Source: the human T2T-CHM13v2.0 reference genome, Homo sapiens
Length of the DNA: 64,000 nt
Strand: one strand, 5' to 3'
Assembly (NCBI RefSeq): GCF_009914755.1
Contig: NC_060946.1
The position numbers were made by a program, and so were the translations under genes. Position 1 is the first letter of the stretch. Every line of letters starts with the position of its first letter. The notes beneath the pieces were generated by a model. That model was given only the letters and a program-made list of their open reading frames with translations, did no database searches and was not told where the DNA came from. This document shows positions 62,801 to 64,000 of the stretch, piece by piece.

Positions 62801-64000
62801 AACAGCCTGTGCTCCTATGTGTGGTGAAAGAAATGACCATAAGTTGGAACTTATATTTAAATGAGAAACAGAGCTTCAACATTTGGAAAATTTGTAATCT
62901 GGACAAGTGGTCAAAAAGAAAAGCTGATTTTCAGGGGGAAAATCAAGAAGGCTTAGGATATTTGCATAAAAAGGAGCCCAATGCTAATAATTCAAGACAA
63001 TGGGAAAAAGGCCTTGAAGGCATTTCAGAGACCTTTGTAGCAGTCCTTGCTGTCACTGGCCCTGGGGTTTAGGAGAAAAGAATAGTTTCCTGGCTCAGCC
63101 CCATGGCTCCACTGCTGTGTGCAGCCTCAGGACACTACTGCCTGCATCCCTGCAGCTCCTTTTCCAGCTTCAGCCATGGATGAAAGATGTACAGGTACAG
63201 CTTGCATCACTGCTTCAGAGGATGCAAGCTCCAAGCCTTGGTGGCTTCTACATAGTGTTAAGCCAGCAGGTGCATAAAGCACAGGACTAGAAGCTTCAGA
63301 GCCTTCGTCTGGACTCCAAAGAATATATCAGAAAGCCTGAGTGTCTAGCCAGAAGCTTTTCCAAGAGGCAGAGCCTCATGGTAAATCTCTACTCAGGTAG
63401 TACACAAGGAAAGTATAGGGTTGGAGTCCCCATAGAGGGAGGCACCATTTTCCAGACCTCAGTTTCATAGACCCACCAGCTGCTTGCACCCTTAGTGTTG
63501 AAAAGCTACAGGTACTCAACGCCAGCCTAGCCAATGAAGTCAGCTGTAGGGGGAAGATTCTGCAATGCCACATGTGCAGAGCTGCCCAAGGCCTTGGGAT
63601 CCCAGCCATCACAAAACGCTGTGCTCTGGATGTGGACATAGATTCCAAAAAGATGATTTGGAGCTGTATGATGGAATGCCTGGCCTGCTGGGTTTTTGAC
63701 TTGCAGGGGGTTTGTAAGTCCCATCTGTGTTTTGTGCTTCTTTCTGGGAAATTTCTTCTTTTTGGCTTGGAATGCTTACCCAATGCCTGTACAATCATTG
63801 TAACTTGGAAGTGGTTAACTTGCTTTGTATTTCAGAGGCTCAGGGCAGAAGATATGGCAGCCTTGTCTCAGAGGAGACTTTGGCCTTTGGACATTTGAGT
63901 AAATACTGGGATGAGTTAAGATTTGGGGGACTCTAGGGAAGGCCTCATTGCATTTTGCAATGTGAGAAAGACATGAACTTTGGGGGACCAGGGACAGAAT
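53815..64000. mobile_element. Rearranged, tandemly amplified ERVL-MaLR (MST-type) LTR and internal sequences
   Basis: Repeated LTR motifs (ttctcatgagatctggtt, cagaaccatgagccaattaaacctctttt) and internal motifs (tggacagtgaaggccaggct, gtctcagatgaaaatgaggaa, ctgcccaaggccttgggagccca). Confidence 0.88.

Overview
Primate (human/great-ape type) DNA typical of acrocentric short-arm or pericentromeric segmental duplications. Positions 1-20680 are the end of a near-identical tandem array with periods of 6167/6163/6167 bp: three full periods plus a 2183-bp terminal partial unit. Each unit is a composite of old TE fragments and microsatellites around a 147-bp periodic block that fits the ACRO1 satellite / ACRO composite. 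The main observation is that this block is part of an uninterrupted 945-codon minus-strand ORF. The protein is Ser/Pro/Thr-rich, with 49-aa repeats carrying RNA Pol II CTD-like YSPTTP motifs. Upstream lie a TATA box at -31, an Inr, a GC box and a DUX4-type motif (TAATCCAATCA), so the satellite array looks like a tandem multicopy protein-coding gene family. The array abuts, mid-exon, a 5'-truncated ANKRD20A/ANKRD18-family unprocessed pseudogene (20681-47450, + strand) containing many Alu and L1 insertions. After that come a degenerate minisatellite, a rearranged processed SNX18 pseudogene with inverted duplications (about 52.0-53.8 kb), and a degenerate ~3.1-3.3 kb tandem amplification of MST/MaLR LTR-internal sequence to the window end. 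All family assignments come from recalled sequence, not database searches.
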